Below are positions 45,449 through 59,454 of a stretch of 64,000 nt of DNA, in pieces (position 1 is the stretch's first letter; every line of letters begins with the position of its first letter). Location of the stretch: assembly GCA_001643675.2 (NCBI GenBank), contig LSRY02000027.1, forward strand, positions 930,001-994,000. Reading direction: 5' to 3'. This stretch comes from Monocercomonoides exilis PA203. Taxonomy: Eukaryota > Protista > Preaxostyla. A program made the translations under genes and the position numbers. The notes below the pieces were generated by a model. It saw nothing but the letters and a program-made list of their open reading frames with translations, did no database searches and was not told the DNA's origin.

Positions 45449-48400
45449 ATGTTATCATTTATTTTATTCAAATAATTAACCTATGATTCAATAGCTTTTA
45501 TATCAACAAAAGTGCTTTCATTTAACTGCACCTTTTGTTTGCAGAAGTTGCACTTGAGCCAAATGCCAGATAGTCACTTTCTTTCATCCAGTGATTCACC
45601 TGAAATCGGATTTCATTCCTGCATCATGTGCGTTGCAAATCCACAACAGAGCAGCTTCATCAGCATTCGCTCCACAGTGCTGATTCTGAATAATCTGACA
45701 GTGCTGCTTCACCCTCCAGGACACACCATCCAACCGCTGATCGATCCATCTTTGCAAAGTCTGAGCAGAAAAACTACATATTCAATGCTGTCTGTTTCCT
45801 CGTCATCGTTTTCATCATTTTCACTGGAAGAATCTTTGCCGTTCTTTTCATCAAACACTCTGGAGCACCTCCACATCAGAAATACACACTTTTCCAACAT
45901 TTCGCTGTCTCCTTCAGCTGTCCTTCAAAATGAAAAGCATGCTGCTTCATGTTCTGCATCCACAATGCTGGCTGAACTGTCCATGTTTGAATGTGTCGAA
46001 AATGCACTGTATGGCAGCCTTTTTGAAAGCATCTGCAGGAAAGGAGGCTTTGCTTTTCTGAATTGTTCTTTTCACAAATGCAATCGTCAAAGAGAGTTAA
46101 TTACCGAGCGAGTTGATACATCTATTGCAAATGTTTCTTTATTCAGCGATGTTGACTTTATTTTGGCCAGTTCTTATCAAGGGCCTGGAGGGGCTATTCA
46201 TCACACTGCAGACAGTTCCCTAAATATCATAAGATGTCTCTTTAAAGATTGCATTGCAACAGAAAGTGGTGGAGCAATTGTATCCGATAAAGCTATAAAT
46301 TTGGAAATCACTTTTTCAAATTTCTCATTTTGTCAGTCCTGGAGATATGGCGGATGTTGCATAATAAGTGATGAATCTTCTTTGATAATTCAAAAATGTT
46401 CGTTTGAAAACAGTTCAGATGTGATGGGTGGAGGAGCAATTAATCATCACACTAGTAATGAAAATGACATTATTGATCAATGCTTATTCCAAAACTGCAG
46501 ATGCAATGGAACCTATCAAGGTGGAGGCGGAATTGATATTGGGGGACAATGCAAAACAATTATCAAAAATTGTGTATTTTCAAACTTAGTATCAGCAATT
46601 CTTGGAGGAGGAATAACCATACATACGCATCCCAGCCACGAATCAACATGTCAGCTCCTCTTTTGCTTATTCCGAAACAACACTTCCGAATCAGACGAAG
46701 GACACGATATTCACGTTGCAAGCAATGTGACGTTATTGTTCAATGAGACATCGCTCGAGACTTGCCGAACATTCACCAACAAAGAACGGAGAGTGGTGGT
46801 GGCTGATGTCGAGTGCGATGGCTGGCTGCGGCGCATGAACTATCCGATTTATGTGAGCAGGGGCAGTGGAAGCGGAGAAGGGATGTGCGGTTGGACAGAA
46901 AGAAAGTGCAAAACAATTGCCATTGCGCTCGAAATGCCGCTGTGGGGGATCGGAGCAGAGGACGAGCCTATTGTGCAGCTGGAGTCTGAAAGCCTGAGCG
47001 AATGTCCGTTTGTGGTTGAGAGGATAAAAGTGCTGGTAAAGGGCGTTTCAAACGAGCTGACTATCATCAGCAAAGACATCACTGCATCGCCTTTGCCACT
47101 GCAACAGCCGTTGATAAGTGTGGCTGGTGGTGAGTTGAGGTGGACTACTTCTTCATTGATGCATGATTCGTCGATATCCTCCGAATGCCCTCTTGCACAG
47201 ATCACTTCATCAGGAGTTTTTGTTCTTGAGGAATGCATAATCGCACCAGGAAGCGCACAATCACCAGCTTCTGCCAGGTTCGAATCTCCCTTAATCCTTG
47301 TTGCATCTGCTGGAAAACTGAATCTGTTAAGCACCAAAATTGCGGGATTCTCATTTGCGGATGCAGCAGCAATTCCAGTGGAGGGAGGATCCACAGTGTG
47401 CGCAAATGCGACATTTTCAGAGATTGTGAGAAGCTCAGGAAGTGGAGCAGCAATTCATGGCTCGCTTCAGAGCGCATGCACACTGGATCTGGACAACACT
47501 TCGCTGGAAAATTGCGGATGCAGCAGCAATGATGGAGGGGGGATCTGGGCAAGCCTTGGAGAAGGGAGCTCCATGGAAATTGGAAAGAGTTCACTTGCAC
47601 TGTTCTCACAATGCACAGTTCCCAAGGAAGGACCTGCTTGCAGGGGTGGAGGGTTGTATGTAACTGTCTCTGGGGAAGATGCAAAATTCAAGTTCCAGCA
47701 CGTTGACTTTCAGTTGTGCGATGGGTGGAAAGGCAGAAACATGTTTGTGAGCGCTCCGCGTCTGAGCACAGTAATTAGCAGAGATTCGATTGCCTTTGGC
47801 ACAGATAGCATGGAGGATGACGATCTGATGGGATACGAAGACGGATTTGGCACAGAGCCAGTTCCGCTGAAAGCCTTCCTGATTGAATTTGGAGGAAAAG
47901 GGTTTGTTGGGGGAGAGAAAAGCCGCGACTTCAGAGGATGTGGAAGTAAAGAGTATCCATGCTGTTCAGTTCAGTACACAGGACTGCTGCACTTTGAAAA
48001 CACAAAAAGAATAATCGTGCTGAACAGCGGATTTGTCTGGAATGACGCAGTGGAGATGACTGGCCCAGCATGGGATATAGGGTGTACGGCACAGGAAAAG
48101 ATCAGAGTTGGAGCATCACGAGCTGCAAATGCAGAAGCTATGATTGCTGCAAAAGCCAATACGGACATTACAAACGTGATGTTTGCTGTGCCCGGCAGAT
48201 TGTCGCCTTCGGACTCGTCAAGCAATGCAGTGCTGATCCAGGGGCTGAACGGAACACTGAAGCTGTCTCTTTGCGGGATACAAATGGATCAGCAAACAGA
48301 AGCTGTGAGCTATGGGCTGATTTGCATGAAGGGCGGGTCATTGGAGTGCATTCAATTCAATGCAGCGGGATTGCGCATGAGCGGAGTCAGCCTGTTTGTA

Positions 48401-51400
48401 GTCGAGAATACGTGTGCCAGTGCAAGACTGGACAAGTTGTCGCTCACAAACACAACCACAACAGCGGAGACTGGACTGATTGAGGCAAAAGCAGGGAGCA
48501 GCATAGAACTGAGGAATTCGACACTTGCTTGGCAAGGCGGAGCGTTATGCTGCCACTTTGTAAAGATGAGCGACAGCGGAGCGGTTGATGCGAGCAGAAG
48601 TGCAGTTGTGCAGCTTGCGAATAACACAGCCAGTAACATGAAACTTGAAAGAAGCGGAGGATGCGTCGTCGAGGGGGTTGTGAAGTGCGGAAGCATGCTG
48701 ATTGTTGTTGGAGGAGTGTTTGAGAACTGCATCAGCATCGACGGGAATGGCGGTGGGATGAGCGTGAAGCTGGAGAGCGGCTCGTCGATGCAGCTGGGGA
48801 ATGCTGAGTGTGCTGTGGAGCTGAGGAAATGCGAGGCCCAGGAAAGGGATGCGGAGGGGTCGGGGAATGGAGGCGGGATATTCATTGAAATGATTGGCAA
48901 TGCAGAAGATATATTGCTGGAATCTGCCCTGTTCAGCAACTGTGTTGCCGCAAGGGGCAATAATGTGTTTGTTGCTGCTGCAGACTTGTCGAGACTTATT
49001 ACTCCTGAAAGAGTGAAAATGGCAGTGAACTTGAGGGATATAAGGGGGTTGAGCGGGTTTGAGAGGAGCACCACAAACGAGCAGTATGCAATTCCTCTGG
49101 TGGTGTATCTGTGGGATAACTTCAGTGGGTGTGGATTTGTCGATGGGGAGGAAGGAGGAGACTTCAGTGGATGTGGATATGCTGTTGCTCCATGCAGATC
49201 TATCTCCCATCTCATCTCCCTCAAATTCACTCCACTTCCTGGAAGTTCTTCTGATGATGATGAAGAGTTATCAATCTCAGTGTCTCACATTTCCTCTCTC
49301 ACCTCATCTCTTTCTCTTTCGCCTTCTGTTGAATCAGAACAAATCTCGATGGAAATCATTGGGAAAGACAATGAGTCAGGGATTGGTGTGGTTGATGATC
49401 AGATTGGAAATGAAGAATGCATGATCCATTCGACCATCCATCTTTCATTTGAGGTTCTCTCCTTCCACATCCCAACAGCATTTGCCCATCACAGAACATT
49501 CATCAGATCCTCAACTTCCTCATCGCATCTCGAAATGAAGCACTGCTCTTTCACCCCTCAAAGTGCAAGTGAGCCTGTCTCATTCATTTTGTTGAGTGTT
49601 TCAGAGGGAAATCTGCTGATTGATAACTGTTCACTGTCCTCGTTCTCAACCACTCACCCATTTCTCCTTGTTTCGCTTCCTTCTCAGTCAATCACCCTTT
49701 CCAACATAACAATCTCGAATGTCTCGATATCTTTGTGCTCTCTTGTGTCATTCGAAAGAACACCATCTCATCTGCCTGTGAATCCATCTGCTCACAACGA
49801 AGTGTCAGACAAGCATTGTTGCTCCCTCCAAATCCAGTCATCCTCATTTTCCAACAACACATGCTCTGGTGACAGTGCAACCATTCTTTGTTTCGGGTTG
49901 TTCGATGCTATGGAGAGTGTTGTTGAGAAGTGCACATTCAGCCGGTGTACGAGCGAGACGAGTGAAAGGGGAGGGGCACTGATGTTGTGTGTGAAGAGTG
50001 GAGAATCATTGGTGGAGGTGAAGCAATGTTCATTCACACTCTGCCAGTGCTCGACAGTCACTGGGAGAGGAGGAGGAATGATGCTTGATTGCGTGGATCC
50101 CTCATCACCATCACCAGCACCAGCCCCAGATGGCTCATCTTTTCTCCCGCTGAAGATTTCAGAGATCCGATTCACAATGAATGATGCACTGGTGGGGAAG
50201 GATATTTTCATCAACTGCCAGTCGATCGAGCAGCAGATCAACGAAACACTCTTTGCCCTTGACTTCATCCAGGAGTCGCTCCAATCAAACAAGTCCATCT
50301 GCGCGAGTGATGCTGATGAGCAGGATGTGGACTTGATCCCCTTGATTACTTTCTTGTATGCACCACAGATCTTTGTGTCTCTCGATTCGACAGACACTCG
50401 CCAATGTGGATTGCCAACAAACCCCTGCAAGAGCATCTCATCTGCTGTTCACCACATCCAGCAGGGATTGCTCAATGCCATTTTCATCAACACCACATCC
50501 ACAATCCTCTCGGAAACAACTATGCATGGGCTGTCCATCCTGCCTTCAACAAAGCAGCAAGCAATAATCCAGCTGAGCACATCCATTCCATTCACTGGAG
50601 ATGCTCAGAGCGTGGTTCTGTTTGAGGAGGATTGCACAGTTCGCAGCTGCCTGATATCATTTGCCTCTTCATTTCAGGCCACACACTTAGCAGTATTCGC
50701 TGAAATTTATGGGTCATTGGAAGTGTCTCAGTGCACATTCACAGCAGCCGATCCCTCGTTGGAGCTGCATTCACATGCGATGGCTGTTTGGGGAGGAGTT
50801 CTGAAGATGAGCGAGACATCATTCAGCTGTCTGTCTTTTGCAAAACCCTTGCTTTTGTTTTCTGATGAGTCAGAAATTGTGCTGTCACAAACGACTCTGG
50901 ATTCTCTCACATCGACAGCTGATGTTATTTCAACTGGACTGAGTGCAAGTGTCTCGATTGAAAAAATGAACTGTTCCAACATCTCATTGAGCAATGGCTG
51001 TCTGATCTCAACGAACAAAGAAGATCTGAACATGAGTGGAAATGGAAGAAATAATGATGAAGATAAGGGAAGTCTCAGAATCTCCATTTCATCATTTGAG
51101 AATATTTCATCAAATGGGAACACCAATAACAACAGTGTTGTGAGAATTGAGAACGATAAGAAATGTGTGAGTTTAATTAATTGTTCATTTTCTTATTGTC
51201 TGCTATCTGCTGAGAAAGGAAGCCAGTTGTCTGTTTCAGACAGTTCAGATGTGTCTGTTGTTTCCTGTTTGTTTGATGGAAAAGCAACGGATGAGCCTGT
51301 CAGCCATCAGAAGAATAATAATCTGGGAGAAGACAAAAGAAATGGCAAAAATAATAACCCATTATGTGGTTGGAATGGATCTCTTGTTGATGTTGTCAAG

Positions 51401-53377
51401 AGTTCTGTTTTGATGAAAGACATAGCCATATCAAATTCACCAGATGGTGGAATAACAATGAGTGGAGGAAATGTGATAATTGAGAAAGGAGAGTTTGTCA
51501 ACAACAATCCATCGATTGAAGGATATCCATCGCTGAGAAGAAATATCATCTGTTCAGATTCGGGAACATTGAATGTGAAAAGTTTGAAGGGAGGAGATGG
51601 AGTTTTGCCAAATGCATCACTTTGGATGTTGAATGATGGCTGTAGTTTTGAAGGGATTCCAGGAGAAAGTGCATCTCCATTTTTCATTCCTGATCTGGAG
51701 AGTGTATCATCTGAAAAGTTAAGAGAGAAGGTGAATCTTGTGTTCAGAGGATTGCTTCTCCTCCCTTGCAATCTCTCATTCGAAACAGTTGCAGCAGAAG
51801 GAGATGAGGAAGTGGTTGAGAAGCATTTGTTTGATGATACAGACTTCATTTCAGAAGAAGAAGTGCATGGTTCTGTTCCTTTGGAGACGCTTGAAGGTGT
51901 GCCAAGTGAAGCAGAAGTGCGGGTATGTATTCTGTTTGCGGATGCAGAATCTCCTTCATCAACTCAGTCATTCATTCTGAAGAATGCAAGTGTGCCAGAA
52001 CCAAAAGGAGATGAAAGATTAGTCGAAGGTGGAAAAGAGGGAAAATCTTCGTGGGCATTGATTGTGATTGTAATGGCCATTGTTCTTTTAATTGTTCTCA
52101 TCGCATTGATTTTGTTTGTTGTTCGTTGGAAGAAGGCGAAGAGTGAAGCAGAGGATCTGAGAGAGATTGTGAATGATAACATCAGAAAGGATCCGAAGGC
52201 GTTTGAGATGGTGACGATGGAAATATCACCTGAGGAGCAGTGGAGGAGAGTGGCAGGGGATGTTGAGAAGAAGAACGATGAGAGGATAAAGAAGAGAGTG
52301 TATGATAAAAGCTTGGGACACTCGGAGTCATCAGAGCATTTACTGAGTGAGAGCGGATCAACTGAATATATTCTTGGAAAAGACTCAGACAATATTCCTG
52401 ATTGGGCATTGGAGAAAGTTGAAAAAGAAGAAGAAGAGATGAGGAAAAGAACGCCATCACCTTCCATTTCATCCACTTCATCCACATCAACCACTGATTT
52501 GGATTCAACATTTGTTCGTGGGGAGGATTTGTGTCCGACAACCTCATCGATGTCTAACTTGGTGGACGCAATGGCATGCTCATCGCCTCATGAGAAGCTC
52601 ATTGTGGATCTGAGGGATTCGCTATTCATGCTGCTTCATGGAAGGAATGAAAAGAAGGAGATGGCGATTGGCACATTGAAGGAGAGAGAACAAACGGCTG
52701 CCCAAATCCTGTTCTGGGTGGCCAACCTTGCTCTCCACTCCTTTGATGAAATGGAAAATCCTCTTCAATCATTGGCCAGTCTGAATCCTCACATTGTATT
52801 GTTCTCAGAGCACATGGTCATCTGCATTGTCATGCACTCAGACTTCTTGTCTGATGATTCGGATTCTTCTTCCATCTCCTCATCAACTGTTGTGACTTCT
52901 GCCAGCGAAGAAGATGATGATGATGACTCTCTGCCCTCATCTGCGTTTGAGGATGAGGATGACTTCAAAAAAGAGTGCATGAGGTGGAAGGCACCAGAGC
53001 TGTTGATCAACAAGAAGATGGGAGCAACAAAGGAGTCAGTTGCCTTTTCGATCGGGATGATGCTGTGGGAGTGCTTGACGCTCCAGATCCCGTTCGGGGA
53101 GTATGAAGCAGAGGTGGCAGGACAGAAGATTGTGAATGGAGAGAGACCAGATCTAAGAAAAGTGCTGGAATCTTCATACGCAGAGGTGCTGCATCGCGCT
53201 TTTTCTCCTCAGCAAGGCAACCGCCCAACGCTAATTGCAATGAAAAGGGAGTTTATTCAGCGTTTCCCAGCAGGCGCTGTGATGCTCACAGTTTCAGATG
53301 CCATCGATTTCGAGAACGAAAGCGAAGGAGAGGGCAGCACCGCCGTGGAATCAAGGTCCTTGTCGAGCAGCAGTTGA
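45449..53377 (+). CDS. Receptor-like protein A: tandem parallel beta-helix (Pmp/pectin-lyase-like) ectodomain, single TM, tyrosine-kinase-like pseudokinase tail
   Basis: ORF 45512-53377. GGAI/GGGI plus FxxC repeats; CG-x-C caps; TM WALIVIVMAIVLLIVLIALILFVV (~52051-52125); MRWKAPELL, SVAFSIGMMLWECLTLQIPF, GERP. An in-frame upstream ATG at 45449 is followed by TAA at 45473, so the start is uncertain. Confidence 0.85.
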
Positions 53378-56300
53378 TTTCTGTCATTTTTTCTGTTGAG
53401 CAGCAGTATATAATTAATGAATTCTAAGAAGAGGAAATTGCCGGACTGTAATTTCTCGCTGCCTGTGTGCGCAAACAGAATATTTGAAACATAAATATCG
53501 GATTTTGAATGAATTAATGTTGCTGTAAAAAAACAGCGAAAACATGTAAATTTCTGGTCGGAAATAGGAAAAACTGATGAATAAAAATAAATGTGGTTGT
53601 TCATTTTGCTTGTCAATCAGAAGGGATTCCAATATGCGCCATTCAATCGATTTTTTGTTTCTTCTTTTTTGGATCATATCACTTCTCTCTCAAAGAGCGA
53701 GGCGTGCAACAAGCACACAAGCAAACAATTGTGCCAATTGGCAGAATTCTGATTCAAAGCCAATAAAAATCGTTCCGACTTGATGATATGCCTTGTTTGC
53801 GAATAAACTAAAAAATATTTATATTGTCATTTTATCTTTAAAAAAATAAAATAAAATAAATTCTGTATAGAAATTCCAATAAATAATGAATTTTACCATT
53901 GGATGTTGCTGACGTTGTTGGCATCTTAAATTTTGAGCTTCAAGCTGTGCCCTGCACAAATCCTTGGGGAAGTGGCATGCTCAGCATGTCGAGTCAACCA
54001 ATCTCCATATCAAAGTGTATTGAAAAAAATCATTTGAAATAGCAAATAAATTATAAAGTCATACTTCCACTGTTAAAGGCCTGTTTTGGTTTTTATTTGA
54101 CTTTTTATAATTTGGAAAAAAATGTTTTCAAGCCCAGTTGCGGCTTATCAGAAACTTAGAGTCGATTAAAAATAATAAAGCGTATAAATCATTGCGGGTA
54201 AAAGTGCTGATTGTGGGATGATTCATTGGCAATCTCATTAACAATCCTAACATAAATATTTTTATGGTTGCCTTTTTTTAATCCGAGCATTTTTTGAAAA
54301 AAAATCACAGCAAAATTAATATATATTTTTATTGGGAGAAAGTTAAACTGAAGCATGAATAAACATGATTTTGTGCTGACTTTAAACTTTTTTCTGTTTT
54401 TTTTTCTGTTTTTTTTTTTTTTTTTTCTATTTAAAGAGATCTTGAGTATTTTCAATTCATATCAAATCATTTGCTTGCTTCTTTTTCTTTTAAAAAAAAC
54501 TGTTTTTTCTTCTTCTGTTTATTTTTTATCATGCAGTCATGAAACAAACAAAAATATCATTCGTTAATTTTTATTTCAAAGAGTTGTGCTCTTTTCCATT
54601 TAATTGATTTTTGTGTGACTAAAACTAATTATTACTCAAAATTGTTGAACTTGTTATTTGAGATTGTTAAACTAATAATTCAAAATTAATCAAATTGAGT
54701 ATTTATAAACAAAAAATTTTATGTGAAAAATTAATTTTTGGCTGAATGTCAGAAAGTGATGAAAATATTATATTCAGTCAATATTCGTGAAAACGATGAA
54801 AAATTGAACCCCTATTTTTAATAATTGTCAATAAACATAAAAATGTTCACTTTTTCAGAAAATATCAACAAAGATGGAATCTGCGTATTTTCAAAATTAT
54901 TTCTCTTTTGATTATTAATTAATAATCCAAGAAATATTTTAAAAGAAATTATTTTATAGAGGGAAGTTATACACCACAATTCAAAAACCTGAGTTTTATA
55001 GTATTTAACCACTTATTATTCATTTACAAGCCAGAATTTATATTAAAAACCTCCGAGCTTTTGAGAAAACTCTCTTTTGAATTATGGAAAAAATGAATTC
55101 TATTTAAGGGATGGATCTATTTTGATCACATTGACGTCTCACTTTCCAGATTGCAAATCAAATATTTCTCAAAAAAAACTAAATTATTCCAAGATAATGA
55201 AGCAACATGGAATTGGCTAATGAGATTTTTAACCATTTATAGCGAACAGAAGATGCCTTAAGTGATTTAAAATTTTATTCATTGAAGCTAGAGATAGTTG
55301 CAGGTATCATATGTGTTTCAGGCGTATAAAATACTGTTTATAATTGGAAATCACTTTTTTTATATGGGGGAAAATATGAACTTTCAAGCTTTTTATGCAC
55401 AAAGCATGAAAAAATTGTTTCACTCATATCTTTTCTTAACTTTGTCAGATTTCAAAATAAATAAGATTCTCATATCCGTAAACTGATATCATTGATACAA
55501 CAACACAATGTTTTGTGACCTCACATGTATTTCTAAAAATAAACCAATTTATTTCAAATTTTCTAATCACAAAAAGTCAATGGAAAGTGCATAATTTTTC
55601 AATGAGAATGCTTGAAGTGAAATATTTTGCCCCATATTTTCAAAAATACCTATCGAGAAAATATTGATGATATTTTTGTGTTTTTGGATGAACAAAGAAA
55701 TATATGGGTAATTCTTTTTGAAAAGTCGCAAATGTTTGAATTTCAAATAAATGGGGCAAAATATTTCACTTCAAGCATTCTCATTGAAAAATTATGCACT
55801 TTCCATTGACTTTTTGTGATTAGAAAATTTGAAATAAATTGGTTTATTTTTAGAAATACATGTGAGGTCACAAAACATTGTGTTGTTGTATCAATGATAT
55901 CAGTTTACGGATATGAGAATCTTATTTATTTTGAAATCTGACAAAGTTAAGAAAAGATATGAGTGAAACAATTTTTTCATGCTTTGTGCATAAAAAGCTT
56001 GAAAGTTCATATTTTCCCCCATATAAAAAAAGTGATTTCCAATTATAAACAGTATTTTATACGCCTGAAACACATATGATACCTGCAACTATCTCTAGCT
56101 TCAATGAATAAAATTTTAAATCACTTAAGGCATCTTCTGTTCGCTATAAATGGTTAAAAATCTCATTAGCCAATTCCATGTTGCTTCATTATCTTGGAAT
56201 AATTTAGTTTTTTTTGAGAAATATTTGATTTGCAATCTGGAAAGTGAGACGTCAATGTGATCAAAATAGATCCATCCCTTAAATAGAATTCATTTTTCCA

Positions 56301-56956
56301 TAATTCAAAAGAGAGTTTTCTCAAAAGCTCGGAGGTTTTTAATATAAATTCTGGCTTGTAAATGAATAATAAGTGGTTAAATACTATAAAACTCAGGTTT
56401 TTGAATTGTGGTGTATAACTTCCCTCTATAAAATAATTTCTTTTAAAATATTTCTTGGATTATTAATTAATAATCAAAAGAGAAATAATTTTGAAAATAC
56501 GCAGATTCCATCTTTGTTGATATTTTCTGAAAAAGTGAACATTTTTATGTTTATTGACAATTATTAAAAATAGGGGTTCAATTTTTCATCGTTTTCACGA
56601 ATATTGACTGAATATAATATTTTCATCACTTTCTGACATTCAGCCAAAAATTAATTTTTCACATAAAATTTTTGTTTATAAATACTCAATTTGATTAATT
56701 TTGAATTATTAGTTTAACAATCTCAAATAACAAGTTCAACAATTTTGAGTAATAATTAGTTTTAGTCACACAAAAATCAATTAAATGGAAAAGAGCACAA
56801 CTCTTTGAAATAAAAATTAACGAATGATATTTTTGTTTGTTTCATGACTGCATGATAAAAAATAAACAGAAGAAGAAAAAACAGTTTTTTTAAAAGAAAA
56901 AGAAGCAAGCAAATGATTTGATATGAATTGAAAATACTCAAGATCTCTTTAAATAG

Positions 56957-56992
<36 letters not shown>

Positions 56993-59454
56993 AGAAAAAA
57001 AAACAGAAAAAAGTTTAAAGTCAGCACAAAATCATGTTTATTCATGCTTCAGTTTAACTTTCTCCCAATAAAAATATATATTAATTTTGCTGTGATTTTT
57101 TTCAAAAATGCTCGGATTAAAAAAGGCAACCATAAAAATATTTATGTTAGGATTGTTAATGAGATTGCCAATGAATCATCCCACAATCAGCACTTTTACC
57201 CGCAATGATTTATACGCTTTATTATTTTTAATCGACTCTAAGTTTCTGATAAGCCGCAACTGGGCTTGAAAACATTTTTTCCAAATTATAAAAAGTCAAA
57301 TAAAAACCAAAACAGGCCTTTAACAGTGGAAGTATGACTTTATAATTTATTTGCTATTTCAAATGATTTTTTTCAATACACTTTGATATGGAGATTGGTT
57401 GACTCGACATGCTGAGCATGCCACTTCCCCAAGGATTTGTGCAGGGCACAGCTTGAAGCTCAAAATTTAAGATGCCAACAACGTCAGCAACATCCAATGG
57501 TAAAATTCATTATTTATTGGAATTTCTATACAGAATTTATTTTATTTTATTTTTTTAAAGATAAAATGACAATATAAATATTTTTTAGTTTATTCGCAAA
57601 CAAGGCATATCATCAAGTCGGAACGATTTTTATTGGCTTTGAATCAGAATTCTGCCAATTGGCACAATTGTTTGCTTGTGTGCTTGTTGCACGCCTCGCT
57701 CTTTGAGAGAGAAGTGATATGATCCAAAAAAGAAGAAACAAAAAATCGATTGAATGGCGCATATTGGAATCCCTTCTGATTGACAAGCAAAATGAACAAC
57801 CACATTTATTTTTATTCATCAGTTTTTCCTATTTCCGACCAGAAATTTACATGTTTTCGCTGTTTTTTTACAGCAACATTAATTCATTCAAAATCCGATA
57901 TTTATGTTTCAAATATTCTGTTTGCGCACACAGGCAGCGAGAAATTACAGTCCGGCAATTTCCTCTTCTTAGAATTCATTAATTATATACTGCTGCTCAA
58001 CAGAAAAAATGACAGAAATCAACTGCTGCTCGACAAGGACCTTGATTCCACGGCGGTGCTGCCCTCTCCTTCGCTTTCGTTCTCGAAATCGATGGCATCT
58101 GAAACTGTGAGCATCACAGCGCCTGCTGGGAAACGCTGAATAAACTCCCTTTTCATTGCAATTAGCGTTGGGCGGTTGCCTTGCTGAGGAGAAAAAGCGC
58201 GATGCAGCACCTCTGCGTATGAAGATTCCAGCACTTTTCTTAGATCTGGTCTCTCTCCATTCACAATCTTCTGTCCTGCCACCTCTGCTTCATACTCCCC
58301 GAACGGGATCTGGAGCGTCAAGCACTCCCACAGCATCATCCCGATCGAAAAGGCAACTGACTCCTTTGTTGCTCCCATCTTCTTGTTGATCAACAGCTCT
58401 GGTGCCTTCCACCTCATGCACTCTTTTTTGAAGTCATCCTCATCCTCAAACGCAGATGAGGGCAGAGAGTCATCATCATCATCTTCTTCGCTGGCAGAAG
58501 TCACAACAGTTGATGAGGAGATGGAAGAAGAATCCGAATCATCAGACAAGAAGTCTGAGTGCATGACAATGCAGATGACCATGTGCTCTGAGAACAATAC
58601 AATGTGAGGATTCAGACTGGCCAATGATTGAAGAGGATTTTCCATTTCATCAAAGGAGTGGAGAGCAAGGTTGGCCACCCAGAACAGGATTTGGGCAGCC
58701 GTTTGTTCTCTCTCCTTCAATGTGCCAATCGCCATCTCCTTCTTTTCATTCCTTCCATGAAGCAGCATGAATAGCGAATCCCTCAGATCCACAATGAGCT
58801 TCTCATGAGGCGATGAGCATGCCATTGCGTCCACCAAGTTAGACATCGATGAGGTTGTCGGACACAAATCCTCCCCACGAACAAATGTTGAATCCAAATC
58901 AGTGGTTGATGTGGATGAAGTGGATGAAATGGAAGGTGATGGCGTTCTTTTCCTCATCTCTTCTTCTTCTTTTTCAACTTTCTCCAATGCCCAATCAGGA
59001 ATATTGTCTGAGTCTTTTCCAAGAATATATTCAGTTGATCCGCTCTCACTCAGTAAATGCTCTGATGACTCCGAGTGTCCCAAGCTTTTATCATACACTC
59101 TCTTCTTTATCCTCTCATCGTTCTTCTTCTCAACATCCCCTGCCACTCTCCTCCACTGCTCCTCAGGTGATATTTCCATCGTCACCATCTCAAACGCCTT
59201 CGGATCCTTTCTGATGTTATCATTCACAATCTCTCTCAGATCCTCTGCTTCACTCTTCGCCTTCTTCCAACGAACAACAAACAAAATCAATGCGATGAGA
59301 ACAATTAAAAGAACAATGGCCATTACAATCACAATCAATGCCCACGAAGATTTTCCCTCTTTTCCACCTTCGACTAATCTTTCATCTCCTTTTGGTTCTG
59401 GCACACTTGCATTCTTCAGAATGAATGACTGAGTTGATGAAGGAGATTCTGCAT
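51942..59454. repeat. ~7.5-kb palindrome: arms 51942-55635 and 55751-59454, spacer 55636-55750
   Basis: Mirror ORFs translate identically, with coordinate sums of 111396 (outer) and 111386 (inner). Boundaries read by eye (ATGCAGAATCTCC outer, TTTTGCCCCAT inner). Visible differences are homopolymer lengths, e.g. T18 at 54409 vs A35 at 56957. Confidence 0.95.

Noticed and set aside
45473-45475. TAA/TAG reassigned to Gln (as in Streblomastix) to explain in-frame stops
   Set aside because: TECR and the UBX gene end in TAA at their expected C-termini, and multi-kb ORFs contain no internal TAA/TAG
53414-57982. Paired small ORFs (60-120 aa) on both strands in the palindrome
   Set aside because: Their identity just reflects the inverted duplication; AT-rich with no recognisable protein features
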